Origin: Patescibacteria group bacterium
GTDB lineage: Bacteria; Patescibacteriota; Minisyncoccia; Phycocordibacterales; JAKAEA01
Direction: 5' to 3'
Assembly: GCA_040387855.1 (NCBI GenBank)
Contig: JAZKCY010000001.1
Coordinates: 445,857 to 509,856, forward strand
DNA length: 64,000 nt
Below are positions 47,424 to 56,583 of this stretch, in pieces (the first letter of the stretch is position 1; the number at the start of each line of letters is the position of its first letter). Position numbers and translations under genes: made by a program. Below the pieces are notes generated by a model. It was not told the origin of the DNA. It did not search any database and was given only the letters and a program-made list of their open reading frames with translations.

Positions 47424-48707
47424 TTATTTTAATATTTCTTTAACTTCTGTTTTTAGCTCACCCTGGTATGTTTTAATATCTAGCTCATCCCCTATTTTCA
47501 CATTTCCAGTATCTCTCAGAGCTTTACCCTTTAATCTCACAATGCTATACCCTAGTTTTAGCTGCCGTTCTGGATTGAGGAGTTCTAATTCTTTCTCTCG
47601 GCTATTTAAAAATGTATTTATGTTTGTTGTTGCTTTTATAAAGCTGTTTGAAAGATTTTTTGCCTGAGTCTCTACACGCGTCTGTAATTCTTTTATTCTA
47701 TAGCCTATTTTACTTATTCCACCTGTGAAAGAATTTTGCATCATCTTAAACCTCTCAAAAATAGTCGTAAACTTATCTTGCATAAGTCCAGCTGCTCGTT
47801 CTAAATATATTTTTCGTTTTGCCAGAATTTGTGTGAACGAATTTAAGATCTGCTTTTCTTGAAGGAGTACTCTAGACAATGCCTGTTCCCATGATTTATT
47901 TAACAGCTGGGTTACTGCAGTAGGAGTTGATACCATATGGTCAGCCACAAGACTCACTAAACATATATCTTTATCATGGCCAATACCTGCAATTACCGGT
48001 GCTGGGAAATCTGCTATTTCTCGTACAAGCATTTCATTATTGAATGCAGCAAATGATTCGAGTGACCCTCCTCCTCGCATGATTACTAACACATCTATGT
48101 CTTTATTTTTTAATGTTCTCACAGCAGCTATTAAGTCAGTAATAGCAATCTGTCCTTCTACTCGTGAATTAACAAAACTAATTTCATAGCCAAATTTTCC
48201 AATATTAGTTGTGAAATCACTAATCACCGCTCCATCTTTAGATGTGATCACTCCAATTTTGTGAGGATACTCAGGAACAGGTCGCTTCTTTTCAGCATTC
48301 ATGAGCCCTTCTTTCTCAAGCTTTTGTTTCAACTTATCATATGCTTTCTTGAGTGCGCCTTCTCCCACTAATGCAATAGTCTCTGTCTGGAAAGAAATAG
48401 ATCCGTTAGGTTCATAGATTTTTGTAAATCCAGAAATCGCTACTTCAAGTCCATCAGCTAATTCAATTCCAGAAATATCAAGACTTCGCTTCCACATGAA
48501 GCAATTCATGACAGCATTGGCTTCTTTATCTTTAATAGAAAAATATAAATAACTACGGCCAGAATATAATTTGAGATTTACTACTTCACCAATGACTTTG
48601 CCCTTAATATTTTTAAGGTTGTTGTTGAGCATTGTTAAATACTCAGCCACAGTCATATTTTGTGGCTCGTTTGATTCGTCAAAATTGAAACTCAGTCCGG
48701 AATTCAT
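47424..48707 (-). CDS. xseA: Exodeoxyribonuclease VII large subunit
   Basis: N-terminal OB-fold, catalytic region (VIMRGGGS-like GGGSLESF), C-terminal coiled coil; followed by xseB. Confidence 0.85.
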   Translation of the reverse strand: MNSGLSFNFDESNEPQNMTVAEYLTMLNNNLKNIKGKVIGEVVNLKLYSGRSYLYFSIKDKEANAVMNCFMWKRSLDISGIELADGLEVAISGFTKIYEPNGSISFQTETIALVGEGALKKAYDKLKQKLEKEGLMNAEKKRPVPEYPHKIGVITSKDGAVISDFTTNIGKFGYEISFVNSRVEGQIAITDLIAAVRTLKNKDIDVLVIMRGGGSLESFAAFNNEMLVREIADFPAPVIAGIGHDKDICLVSLVADHMVSTPTAVTQLLNKSWEQALSRVLLQEKQILNSFTQILAKRKIYLERAAGLMQDKFTTIFERFKMMQNSFTGGISKIGYRIKELQTRVETQAKNLSNSFIKATTNINTFLNSREKELELLNPERQLKLGYSIVRLKGKALRDTGNVKIGDELDIKTYQGELKTEVKEILK

Positions 48708-48743
48708 GGGCTTATTATATAGGTTTTTAAGGATTATTTATAT

Positions 48744-48772
48744 TTGACTATAAGTAATATATATGCTATAAT
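48744..48772 (+). promoter_or_regulatory. Consensus sigma-70 promoter TTGACT-N17-TATAAT
   Basis: Perfect hexamers 27 bp upstream of the 48799 ORF. Confidence 0.65.
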
Positions 48773-48798
48773 ACAGACCGTTACATTTTGGAGGGAAC

Positions 48799-49074
48799 GT
48801 GAAGGATAGCACCTCAAAATGGATGGCTGTAACGGGTGCAATGGGGGTTTCATTTTTCCTCATCGCAAACTTTACCTCCATCTTCCATGGATCAGCTGTA
48901 ATTGCTGGAATGATTCAACTCTGTGTGAATGCATGTGTCTTCTTAGTTTGGACCAAAGCTTTTAGAAACAGGTCTGGAAAAAGAAGATGGTTTGCATTCT
49001 GCGGAGTTATCTTTCCAGTGATCATGGCAAGCATTACTATATGCCGAGTACTGCTTCCCTGGATGTCCAAGTAA
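48799..49074 (+). CDS. Hypothetical small membrane protein
   Basis: Three hydrophobic segments; no family recognised. Confidence 0.4.
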   Translation: MKDSTSKWMAVTGAMGVSFFLIANFTSIFHGSAVIAGMIQLCVNACVFLVWTKAFRNRSGKRRWFAFCGVIFPVIMASITICRVLLPWMSK

Positions 49075-49106
49075 GGCATTCGCTCTTTAGAAACTCAAAC
49101 TGAGGA

Positions 49107-49460
49107 TTGGTCATGAAAACCAAATCGTTCGTGTTGGCGCCTCATCAGGTGAACTCCGGTACGGGCCAGACCATGATCAACCAGTGGCTCGCTGAACAGC
49201 AGCTCAAGATCACCAGCGTTCAGCTCACCGAGTTCAACGGTGATCTCATCGTGATCCTGATCTACAAGCCGCGCCTGACGCCGGCCAGGAACTTCGTCGA
49301 GGTGATGTCGTTCTCGATGGCCACGGTCAACGCGTACCAAATCGACACGAAGGTCGAGGCGGTCCAGCGCGAAAAGGGTGAATTTCACCACATCGAGTCC
49401 ATCGCCTTCAACGGCGAGCTCGTCATGGTGCTGCAGTACTCGAGAGTTGTTCCTCGTTAA
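49107..49460 (+). CDS. Hypothetical small protein with two ~35-aa internal repeats (DUF4177-like?); GC-rich islet
   Basis: The repeats end in ...FNGDLIVILIYKPR and ...FNGELVMVLQYSR. Confidence 0.4.
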   Translation: MVMKTKSFVLAPHQVNSGTGQTMINQWLAEQQLKITSVQLTEFNGDLIVILIYKPRLTPARNFVEVMSFSMATVNAYQIDTKVEAVQREKGEFHHIESIAFNGELVMVLQYSRVVPR

Positions 49461-49545
49461 ACAAGCAACAAGGTTTATGCATACCATTGAATGCATACGG
49501 TGCCAACGACGTTACTTGGCTGCTCTCGAGATGTAGTCTCGACTG

Positions 49546-49968
49546 ATGAGTCCAACAGGACGAAAGCAGAGTTTAGACCCGTTCTTTTATTTCAAGTGTT
49601 TCAGGAAAGGTAGGCATCGCGTGCCCGCAACGGATACGAACAAGAAGCAGACTGCTTCTCGCCCGAAGACCGACCGATATGGTATCGTGCTCGGTCAACC
49701 GCATCCCGATTTCGAGCAGGTCCGAGACCTGGCTCGGGAGCTCGGTGTGAAGATCGAGCAGGACGGCAAGCTGTGGACCATGACCGGATTCGACCGGAAG
49801 GTCTGCTACTACGCGCACAACCGGTGCGTTCGGCTCGAAAACGATGAGATGGGAAACCGCGAGGGAGACTTCGCGATCGCCATCACGCTGGTCCTGACGG
49901 GCAAGTACCCGCTGACCAACGACGAGCTGCGTCTCAGCCGCACGATCCGCCACATGCTCTACAAGTAG
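49546..49968 (+). CDS. Hypothetical protein; GC-rich islet
   Basis: 140-aa ORF followed by a hairpin plus T-run at about 49980-50003. Confidence 0.35.
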   Translation: MSPTGRKQSLDPFFYFKCFRKGRHRVPATDTNKKQTASRPKTDRYGIVLGQPHPDFEQVRDLARELGVKIEQDGKLWTMTGFDRKVCYYAHNRCVRLENDEMGNREGDFAIAITLVLTGKYPLTNDELRLSRTIRHMLYK

Positions 49969-50124
49969 TAGAATCTGACCAAGGTATGTACAACCTTTTT
50001 TGTACACGGTTTCGGAGTGCCGTTTCACTCCTACCCCCGCGCTTAATTGTGCGGGGTTTCGTTTTATATACACTTGATTTTGAGATAACGCTGTGTAGTA
50101 TGCTTAAGAGAGGAGGCTTGCCCA

Positions 50125-50294
50125 TGAAAAGTGAAGTCTTTGTATTCCCCATTGCCACACTCGTACTTGATGAGGTAGGCTGTGCCGTCGTTGATTGGCT
50201 CAATAAAAACGGAGGCACATTCGTGACGGCCTACGGCATGAATCACAACGGGAACATGCTTCTCATTGTGATTTATGATCCAGCACCGACTTAA
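50125..50294 (+). CDS. Hypothetical small protein carrying a single copy of the 49107-type repeat; GC-rich islet
   Basis: MKSEVFVF...AVVDWLNKNGGTFVTAYGMNHNGNMLLIVIYDPAPT aligns with both repeats of the 49107 protein. Followed by a terminator at 50287..50318. Confidence 0.4.
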
Positions 50295-50327
50295 GGAGTA
50301 ACCTTAGTCGGTTTTTTATTTGGAAAA

Positions 50328-51581
50328 CTATACTGCCTCTCCCCAATACGGAATTCCCATGCGAAGCCATAGTGCATCTTGTTTCATTTTTTTTGATTCA
50401 GGATTTTGTTTTGAGAATTTGTTGCGAGATGCAAGGCTTGCTGCCAAAAAGATAGATCCTTTCCCCCATTTTTCAAACACGCTATCAACTGTTTTATAGA
50501 GTTCTAGTTTTACATCGCTTTCTTCTTGCATTCCAAATAAATCAAACTGGTACACAGAAGCATCACGAATACTATGAAGCACAATTCCTGTAGCCCTATA
50601 TGTATATTCTTTCCTTAAAATAGCATCAAATTCTTTTCCAATTGCGTTCATAATGTGTGAAGGAGTTGCTATCGGTGCAGTAAAAGTAATTTCTTTTCCA
50701 AAATATCTAAACGTTTCTTGAGTCTTTATATAAAAAGACACAGCCTTTGCTTTCAAATTATTTCTCCGTAATTTAAGACATGCTTTTTCAGCATTTTTTG
50801 CGAGCTCTGAAAGCAGCGCATTTTTATCATTAGTATGAGGTCGAAATGTTCGCGTTGCTCTAATGGATTGATGCTTTTCATGATGACCATCACGCACTCT
50901 ATGCATAGTAATCCCATTGAGCTCATACCAAAGTTCTTGTGAAGGCTTGGCTAAGTGTTCTTCAACCCAATTTTGCGGTTTCATCGCAAATTCTAAAGCT
51001 GTAGCAACCTTCATTTTTTGAAACCAGGCTGATAGGCTTGAGCCAATCCCCCATACCGCACCAATAGGTACTTTTTCCAGAAATGCTGCAATATCTTGTT
51101 GTTGCATTGCAGTAAAGCCTGCAGGCTTTTTCCATTTTGAAGCAACTTTTGCAAGGGTTTTTGTATGTGCCAATCCAAGAGAAAATGTCATGCCCAAGTC
51201 TTGTTCGAGATCTTGTTTTATTTTATGAGCAATTACAGTAAGCTCTTCCCAGGTCTCACCTGAAAGAATTCCAAAGCATTCATCAACACTATATTCTTCT
51301 ACCAACAGCGCATGACGTTTCACTATAGAGTACATTCTTCGAGAGTAGACTTTATATAAATCATAATTGCCAGGCATGATAATGACATTTGGAATGAGTT
51401 TTTTAATTTCACTCATGAGCATGCCGCGACTTACTCCCAACGCTTTTGCCTCATAGGTAAGAGCAATGGCCATGCCCTTTTCTTGTCCCGTTACTACAGG
51501 TTTACCACGAAGTCGTTCGTTTTGGGCAACTTCACATGAAGCAAAAAATGCATCTCCATCAATATGGACAATCGCTTTCAT
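50328..51581 (-). CDS. dinB: Y-family DNA polymerase IV
   Basis: MKAIVHIDGDAFFASCEVAQNERLRGKPVVTG is the UmuC/DinB N-terminus. Start chosen at the Met that abuts the upstream gene's stop. Confidence 0.85.
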   Translation of the reverse strand: MKAIVHIDGDAFFASCEVAQNERLRGKPVVTGQEKGMAIALTYEAKALGVSRGMLMSEIKKLIPNVIIMPGNYDLYKVYSRRMYSIVKRHALLVEEYSVDECFGILSGETWEELTVIAHKIKQDLEQDLGMTFSLGLAHTKTLAKVASKWKKPAGFTAMQQQDIAAFLEKVPIGAVWGIGSSLSAWFQKMKVATALEFAMKPQNWVEEHLAKPSQELWYELNGITMHRVRDGHHEKHQSIRATRTFRPHTNDKNALLSELAKNAEKACLKLRRNNLKAKAVSFYIKTQETFRYFGKEITFTAPIATPSHIMNAIGKEFDAILRKEYTYRATGIVLHSIRDASVYQFDLFGMQEESDVKLELYKTVDSVFEKWGKGSIFLAASLASRNKFSKQNPESKKMKQDALWLRMGIPYWGEAV

Positions 51582-52117
51582 GAAATTTGAATATAATCTC
51601 GTTTCAAACGCATTCGAAGTTCTTTGTAGTGTGGGAGAACTTGAGCTACCAATGCCCAAAAGTTTTTACCATGATTCATTTCTTTTAAGTGACACAATTC
51701 ATGGACAACAATATAGTCTGCTAAATCTTGAGGGATTTTTACTAATCCATAATTAAAATTGAGATTACCCTTAGCAGAGCAACTTCCCCATCGAGAACTT
51801 TGATTTTTAATCCGAATATCTTTAAAGGGAAACTTATATATTTGATTAAAATACAGCACTCGTTCGGTAATCATTTTTCGGGCCGCTTCTTTGTGAGCAA
51901 GATAATCAGCTCTTGTTTGTTTAAGCGTGGTTTTGCCTTCAAATTGCTTTTTAAGACGTGCTTGTGCTTGAAGTATCCAAGGTTCCTTCTCCTTCAAAAA
52001 ACGCAAAGCAAGAGCCTCTGGAGCCTTTAAAGGCATGGTGACAACAACCTCACCGCTAGCCTTTACGCTGATGCTAATTCTTCGAGATCTTTTGGTTTTT
52101 TTGAGGGTATATTCCAT
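51578..52117 (-). CDS. YgjP/DUF45 (SprT/WLM-like) HExxH metal-dependent hydrolase
   Basis: YIVVHELCHLKEMNHGKNFWALV is the DUF45 signature. Overlaps the dinB start by 4 bp (operon). Confidence 0.65.
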   Translation of the reverse strand: MEYTLKKTKRSRRISISVKASGEVVVTMPLKAPEALALRFLKEKEPWILQAQARLKKQFEGKTTLKQTRADYLAHKEAARKMITERVLYFNQIYKFPFKDIRIKNQSSRWGSCSAKGNLNFNYGLVKIPQDLADYIVVHELCHLKEMNHGKNFWALVAQVLPHYKELRMRLKRDYIQIS

Positions 52118-52189
52118 GGATGAGCTCGCTATTGACTAATTGTTATATAAATTGTAGGATATTGATCGGTTCGTTTCAGGAGACCACGG

Positions 52190-52546
52190 ATGGTTGATAC
52201 CGTTCACATAGATCGCGGTGAAATTCATGACTGGGAAGAGCAGTTCCTAAAGGATCTGCTGGGATCTCTCTACAAGGACTACAAGGATCGAGATCTGCTG
52301 CCCAAGACTCGCAACCAGATGTCGGATGGTTTTGCTCGATTGAGGAGCCATCTGACTCCGCGCCAGTGGGACATTCTTCAGTCCAAGTATGGCATCAATG
52401 CGTATGCCTGGGGTCATGAAGACTCTGATGTTGCGGAAGAGTTTGAGTGCACGATCGATCATGTGAGATCTATCATCGCCCAAGCCTTCCAAAAACTTCG
52501 GCACCGATATGCCCCCTTGGACTGTTTGTTGGTCACCCCGGAGTAA
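52190..52546 (+). CDS. Small protein with sigma-70 region-4-like HTH; GC-rich islet
   Basis: LTPRQWDILQSKYGIN...EEFECTIDHVRSIIAQAFQKLRH resembles sigma region 4 / LuxR-type HTH. Confidence 0.4.
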   Translation: MVDTVHIDRGEIHDWEEQFLKDLLGSLYKDYKDRDLLPKTRNQMSDGFARLRSHLTPRQWDILQSKYGINAYAWGHEDSDVAEEFECTIDHVRSIIAQAFQKLRHRYAPLDCLLVTPE

Positions 52547-52574
52547 TCCGCAGGCTTCCCAGCTTTCGGATTTT

Positions 52575-53741
52575 TTATTTGGTTTCTTTTTTAGGTGCAT
52601 CGGGTTTTTTATAATACGTCTTCCCTTTCAATTCATCTGGCAACAAATCTTCTTTTGTATACCGCTCGTATCCCTTTCCATATCCTACCTCTTTCATAAG
52701 TTTTGTGGGAGCGTTTCTTATTTTCATTGGTATCGGCAAATTGCCGTGAGCTTTCACATCATCGAGTGCTTCAAAGTATGCTTCATAAGCATGCTTACTT
52801 TTGGGAGACTTTGCCATGTAAACCGTACCGTGAGCAAGATTGATTTGGGCTTCAGGCATGCCAATAGTATCAACAGCCTGAAACACTGCATTAGCAAGTG
52901 TAAGCGCATGAGGATTTGCCATTCCAATATCTTCTGAAGCAAATATAACTAATCTGCGAGCAATAAATTTTGGATCTTCTCCAGCATCAGTCATGCGGGC
53001 TAAATAATGCAATGCTGCATCTGGTTGTGATGCTCGCATACTTTTTATAAATGCACTAATAGTGTTGTAGTGTTCTTCGCCTTTTTTATCAAATCTAAGA
53101 AACTTACTTTGGAGAGTGTTTTTTAAGTTTTCGAGAGTAATAGTATCTGCATAGAGTCGCCCAGTATTTTCAATCATTGTAATAGCTTGGCGGGCATCAC
53201 CATTGGCCATGCCTATGAGCCATTCTCGAGCTTCAGGATCGAGCTTCTTCCCTGTTCTATCTATGATCTTTTGCATGTCTTCATCACTGAGTTCATTTAA
53301 AATGAAAACTCTACATCGTGATAGAAGCGCTGGGATTACTTCAAAGCTTGGGTTTTCTGTTGTTGCTCCAATGAGTGTGAGTTCTCCTGATTCAACAAAA
53401 GGCAGCAAGAAATCCTGCTGAGCTTTATTAAATCTATGAATCTCATCTAAGAATAAAACTTTAGGTTTTATAGTAAGTAAACTTCTTTGTTCTGCTATCT
53501 TTCTAATATCATCTTTGCCTGCAGATACGGCTGAGAGCTCATAGAAATCAGCGTTCAGTGCATTTGCATAGATGCGGGCAATAGTTGTTTTCCCTACCCC
53601 TGGCGGTCCCCATAAGACAAAAGAAAATAAGTGCTTACCTTCTATAGCTTTCCGTAATGGTTTGTTGGGACCAATGAGATGTTGTTGGCCAACATACTCG
53701 TGAAGTTCTTTTGGTCGAATTTTTGATGCTAAGGGTTCCAT
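52575..53741 (-). CDS. rarA: Replication-associated recombination protein A (AAA+ ATPase)
   Basis: LWGPPGVGKTTIARIYANAL, Walker B LFLDEIHRFNKAQQD, and the MgsA C-terminal domain. Confidence 0.85.
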   Translation of the reverse strand: MEPLASKIRPKELHEYVGQQHLIGPNKPLRKAIEGKHLFSFVLWGPPGVGKTTIARIYANALNADFYELSAVSAGKDDIRKIAEQRSLLTIKPKVLFLDEIHRFNKAQQDFLLPFVESGELTLIGATTENPSFEVIPALLSRCRVFILNELSDEDMQKIIDRTGKKLDPEAREWLIGMANGDARQAITMIENTGRLYADTITLENLKNTLQSKFLRFDKKGEEHYNTISAFIKSMRASQPDAALHYLARMTDAGEDPKFIARRLVIFASEDIGMANPHALTLANAVFQAVDTIGMPEAQINLAHGTVYMAKSPKSKHAYEAYFEALDDVKAHGNLPIPMKIRNAPTKLMKEVGYGKGYERYTKEDLLPDELKGKTYYKKPDAPKKETK

Positions 53742-53743
53742 AG

Positions 53744-54004
53744 CTAAAATTTATGTATGTCCCTATTCATTTTTGCTATGAGCGCCTCTCGAATCGACTC
53801 ACTCTCTTGGATGATGGGTTCACGTTTTTCATCATCACTATTTGTAGAGAGACTTTCAATAAGTTTTTTAGACGCATCAAATAAGTTGTTCGCATAATGG
53901 TGTATTTTTTGGTTCCGTGATAATAATTTAATTTTCCAGATGGGCTTCTCTATGTATGACGCTTCAATGTACATTTTCTGTATGATAATTATTATGTAGT
54001 CCAA
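53744..54004 (-). CDS. Hypothetical small protein
   Basis: 86-aa ORF within the lexA-rarA co-directional string. Confidence 0.3.
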   Translation of the reverse strand: MDYIIIIIQKMYIEASYIEKPIWKIKLLSRNQKIHHYANNLFDASKKLIESLSTNSDDEKREPIIQESESIREALIAKMNRDIHKF

Positions 54005-54453
54005 CCGACTTCAGAATAAAATACTTTATTCTTGTAGCACTCAATCATGTGTTTTACATAATCAATAGTTTGTTCAGGAATTTCATTCAGATCTACCCAT
54101 AGAAGTTCATCACATTTATCTGGTTCCATTATTGTAGGTTCACCCTGCCATGTGCTTACCGTAAAGAAGAAGTCGATATATTCTCTGGGAATATTGTCTG
54201 CTTGGATTGGTGAATATCGATCCATAATATGAACACAAGTGAGATCTTTTGCACGCACTACAATCCCAGCTTCCTCCCGAGCTTCTCGTATTGTTGCGTC
54301 TGTAGCTGGCTCATTTCCATCAATATGTCCTGCAACCAAACTATACCAACCATCCATATATCCAGTATTAAATCTTCGAGATAATAAAACCTTATTGTCT
54401 TTTATAGGAAGTAGGTATACAGCAGCATATGGACGAAATTTATCATTCCTCAT
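53992..54453 (-). CDS. NUDIX hydrolase
   Basis: Nudix box GHIDGNEPATDATIREAREEAGI. Confidence 0.8.
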   Translation of the reverse strand: MRNDKFRPYAAVYLLPIKDNKVLLSRRFNTGYMDGWYSLVAGHIDGNEPATDATIREAREEAGIVVRAKDLTCVHIMDRYSPIQADNIPREYIDFFFTVSTWQGEPTIMEPDKCDELLWVDLNEIPEQTIDYVKHMIECYKNKVFYSEVGWTT

Positions 54454-54461
54454 TGTAAAAA

Positions 54462-54920
54462 TTAGTTAGTACCAAGTTCTTCTAATGCCTTACGTGCGTA
54501 GAACTCTACATCAGGATTGAGATCCATGCTACTGAGCTCATCTGCACTCACCCACTTCCATAAGTCTTCTTTCTTTTCTGGAACTACCTGATCAGAATCA
54601 CTTGTTGCAAAGTAGACAAGTGAAATATGTTCATGCGAAGCATTGATTGCATGCCGGTTCATATAGCGAGGTGGTAGAAGCTCTTTCCGTTCAGGATTGG
54701 AGTACTGTGGTAGTTCTAAGTGAGGGATAAGTGTAATCTGTAATCCCACTTCTTCTTCTACTTCTCGAAAGGCTGCTTCTACAGGATCTTCATCGAGTTC
54801 TATATGCCCTCCAATACTCAACCAAATTTTATACTTATCATGCATCCGCAATAAGACGGTATTCTTGTGAACAATAAATACTTCTACCGTCATATCTATC
54901 TTCTCGTGAATATGAGGCAT
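54462..54920 (-). CDS. NUDIX hydrolase
   Basis: Nudix box GGHIELDEDPVEAAFREVEEEVGL. Confidence 0.8.
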   Translation of the reverse strand: MPHIHEKIDMTVEVFIVHKNTVLLRMHDKYKIWLSIGGHIELDEDPVEAAFREVEEEVGLQITLIPHLELPQYSNPERKELLPPRYMNRHAINASHEHISLVYFATSDSDQVVPEKKEDLWKWVSADELSSMDLNPDVEFYARKALEELGTN

Positions 54921-54968
54921 GATGTTGTGTGATTATTGGTTGTAAATATTTGGATTAGTAAGAGAACT

Positions 54969-55169
54969 CTAGAACATCATTGTTGCCATCACTCGCATTG
55001 ATCGAGCAAGGAAGCTACTCTTCTTCATTATTGAAAGTCGTGAAAGAAGAATTTTGTGATGTCGAGCTTCTGCTGTGTAGTTCTTACCTTCAAGAATCTT
55101 TTGATCAATAAGCTTATTAAGTCTTTTGATCTCTACTTTTAGCTGGTGCTTTAATTCTGATTTACTCAT
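54969..55169 (-). CDS. Hypothetical 66-aa protein immediately downstream of lexA (YdcH/DUF465-like?)
   Basis: Coiled-coil N-terminus and a hydrophobic C-terminus; first gene after lexA in the same transcription unit. Confidence 0.3.
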   Translation of the reverse strand: MSKSELKHQLKVEIKRLNKLIDQKILEGKNYTAEARHHKILLSRLSIMKKSSFLARSMRVMATMMF

Positions 55170-55188
55170 ATATTTTTTGAATTAGTTT

Positions 55189-55764
55189 TTAGTATTTTCG
55201 AATGACTGCTTTTACAACTGCCATAATTTGAAGTTCTTCATTTTCCGCGGGGACTATTGGTTCAAAGTTTACGTTTGCGGGATCGAGCCATATCTTGCCA
55301 TTTCTTTTCCGTAAGAACTTTACCGTATATCCTCCATCTATGAATGCCACCACTATGTCACCATCTTTTGCATCATTTCTCCGTTCTACTATCACCATGT
55401 CTCCGGGTTGAATTCCTGCTTCTATCATTGACTCACCGCTGACTCGTAACATGAATGTTGCTTCCCTATTTCCTATCAGATAATTGTCGAGGCTCATCGT
55501 TTCTGAAAGATCTTCTTCGGCTGGTGTTGGGAATCCGGCTTCAACTGCTCCGAGAATTTTTAATCCTCCTAAGAGCTTTTGCTCTGGCATCAGGCGTCCG
55601 TATGAGTCTTTAGAAACGAATCCGCCTTCTACCAACTTCGCTACTAATTTGAATACTGCGTTCTTAGATTTGAGCCCAAACATATCCATCATTTCGCGAT
55701 ACGAAGGCATGATTTTATTTTCTTCGTAAAACTTTTTTATTTTTTGTTTATATGTCTCGATCAT
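55189..55764 (-). CDS. lexA: LexA repressor (S24 peptidase)
   Basis: N-terminal wHTH, cleavage-site region and the S24 catalytic domain (GESMIEAGIQPGDMVIVERR...GYTVKFLRK). Start chosen at MIETYKQKIKK; the ORF track's longer start would run through the operator. Confidence 0.85.
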   Translation of the reverse strand: MIETYKQKIKKFYEENKIMPSYREMMDMFGLKSKNAVFKLVAKLVEGGFVSKDSYGRLMPEQKLLGGLKILGAVEAGFPTPAEEDLSETMSLDNYLIGNREATFMLRVSGESMIEAGIQPGDMVIVERRNDAKDGDIVVAFIDGGYTVKFLRKRNGKIWLDPANVNFEPIVPAENEELQIMAVVKAVIRKY

Positions 55765-55810
55765 GTTTTTTGTGATGATATGTGGCTCTTTTGTTATGTT
55801 GTAAGTATAG

Positions 55811-55826
55811 GTGAACGATCGTTCAC
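55811..55826. promoter_or_regulatory. LexA operator (Cheo-box type) GTGAACGATCGTTCAC, in the spacer of the lexA promoter
   Basis: A perfect 16-bp palindrome containing GAAC-N4-GTTC. On the minus strand it sits between TTGACG (-35) and TATACT (-10), about 45 bp upstream of the lexA start. Confidence 0.75.
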
Positions 55827-55905
55827 CGTCAATGTTAATAACGCATTGCAACACAAATTCTTACAAATAAAAAATCGCGCAGAGGCAGAATGCTTCTGTG
55901 CGATG

Positions 55906-56259
55906 TTAGACTCGGCTCGCGCCGCTGTCGAGCGCGTTGAGCTTGTTTCCTTCGTCACTTCTGTCGAGGATGACTTGCTCACCGCCATCACGTTGTACCA
56001 GCCGCTTCCCGCTGGACTTCTTGCCGCCGGCGCGACCGATCTTGGAGAAGTGTGGCGAGCCATACTTCTCCTTCACCCGCTGGCCACCTTTCTGACCGGC
56101 TGCTCGTGCCTCGTCGGGCGTGAACTCGTGGGCTGTGCCCTGGGCGTGGGCGGCGCGACCACCCAGACGGGCGATCTCTCTGTGCTTGTCGATGTGCATG
56201 GCAGCGAAGCCCCGTTTTGACCGTGGCGTTTCATCTTCTTGTTCGTCTGGCATATCCAT
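55906..56259 (-). CDS. KGG-repeat general stress protein (YciG/Con-10-like); GC-rich (about 60%)
   Basis: GFAAMHIDKHREIARLGGRAAH, GQKGGQ and RAGGKKSSGK are KGG-domain repeats. Confidence 0.6.
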   Translation of the reverse strand: MDMPDEQEDETPRSKRGFAAMHIDKHREIARLGGRAAHAQGTAHEFTPDEARAAGQKGGQRVKEKYGSPHFSKIGRAGGKKSSGKRLVQRDGGEQVILDRSDEGNKLNALDSGASRV

Positions 56260-56583
56260 CCTCGTACGAGCTATGGGACTGACACGACGGTGTCTCGAGA
56301 AACCCTATCACCAAGTATTATGCTCGTCAACAAAAATCACAGCAGCTTACCTGGGGGAAAGCTGCTGTGATTTGGTTGGGATTATTGAGTTGTTTTATTG
56401 TGAGAGAGTAAGTTTCCAAAGGTTTTCTGGAAATGATACGTTCTGCTTTTTACCGATACTGAAGAGAGTTGAAAAGAATTTTTTGATATCAAACATATGT
56501 TGTTTAATTAAGTATGTAATGTGAACTACATTCATCTTACCTATACAACATTAATAACGCATGAATCTGCTTTTTCTTACAAC

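Noticed and set aside
54921-54968. GAACTCTAGAAC / GAACATCATTGTTG as additional LexA boxes
   Set aside because: These are direct rather than inverted half-sites or have the wrong spacing. They do not match the GAAC-N4-GTTC palindrome.
56120-56524. 134-aa plus-strand ORF overlapping the KGG stress-protein gene
   Set aside because: It is antisense within a GC-rich gene, with Ala/Arg/Pro-rich composition, and is most likely spurious.
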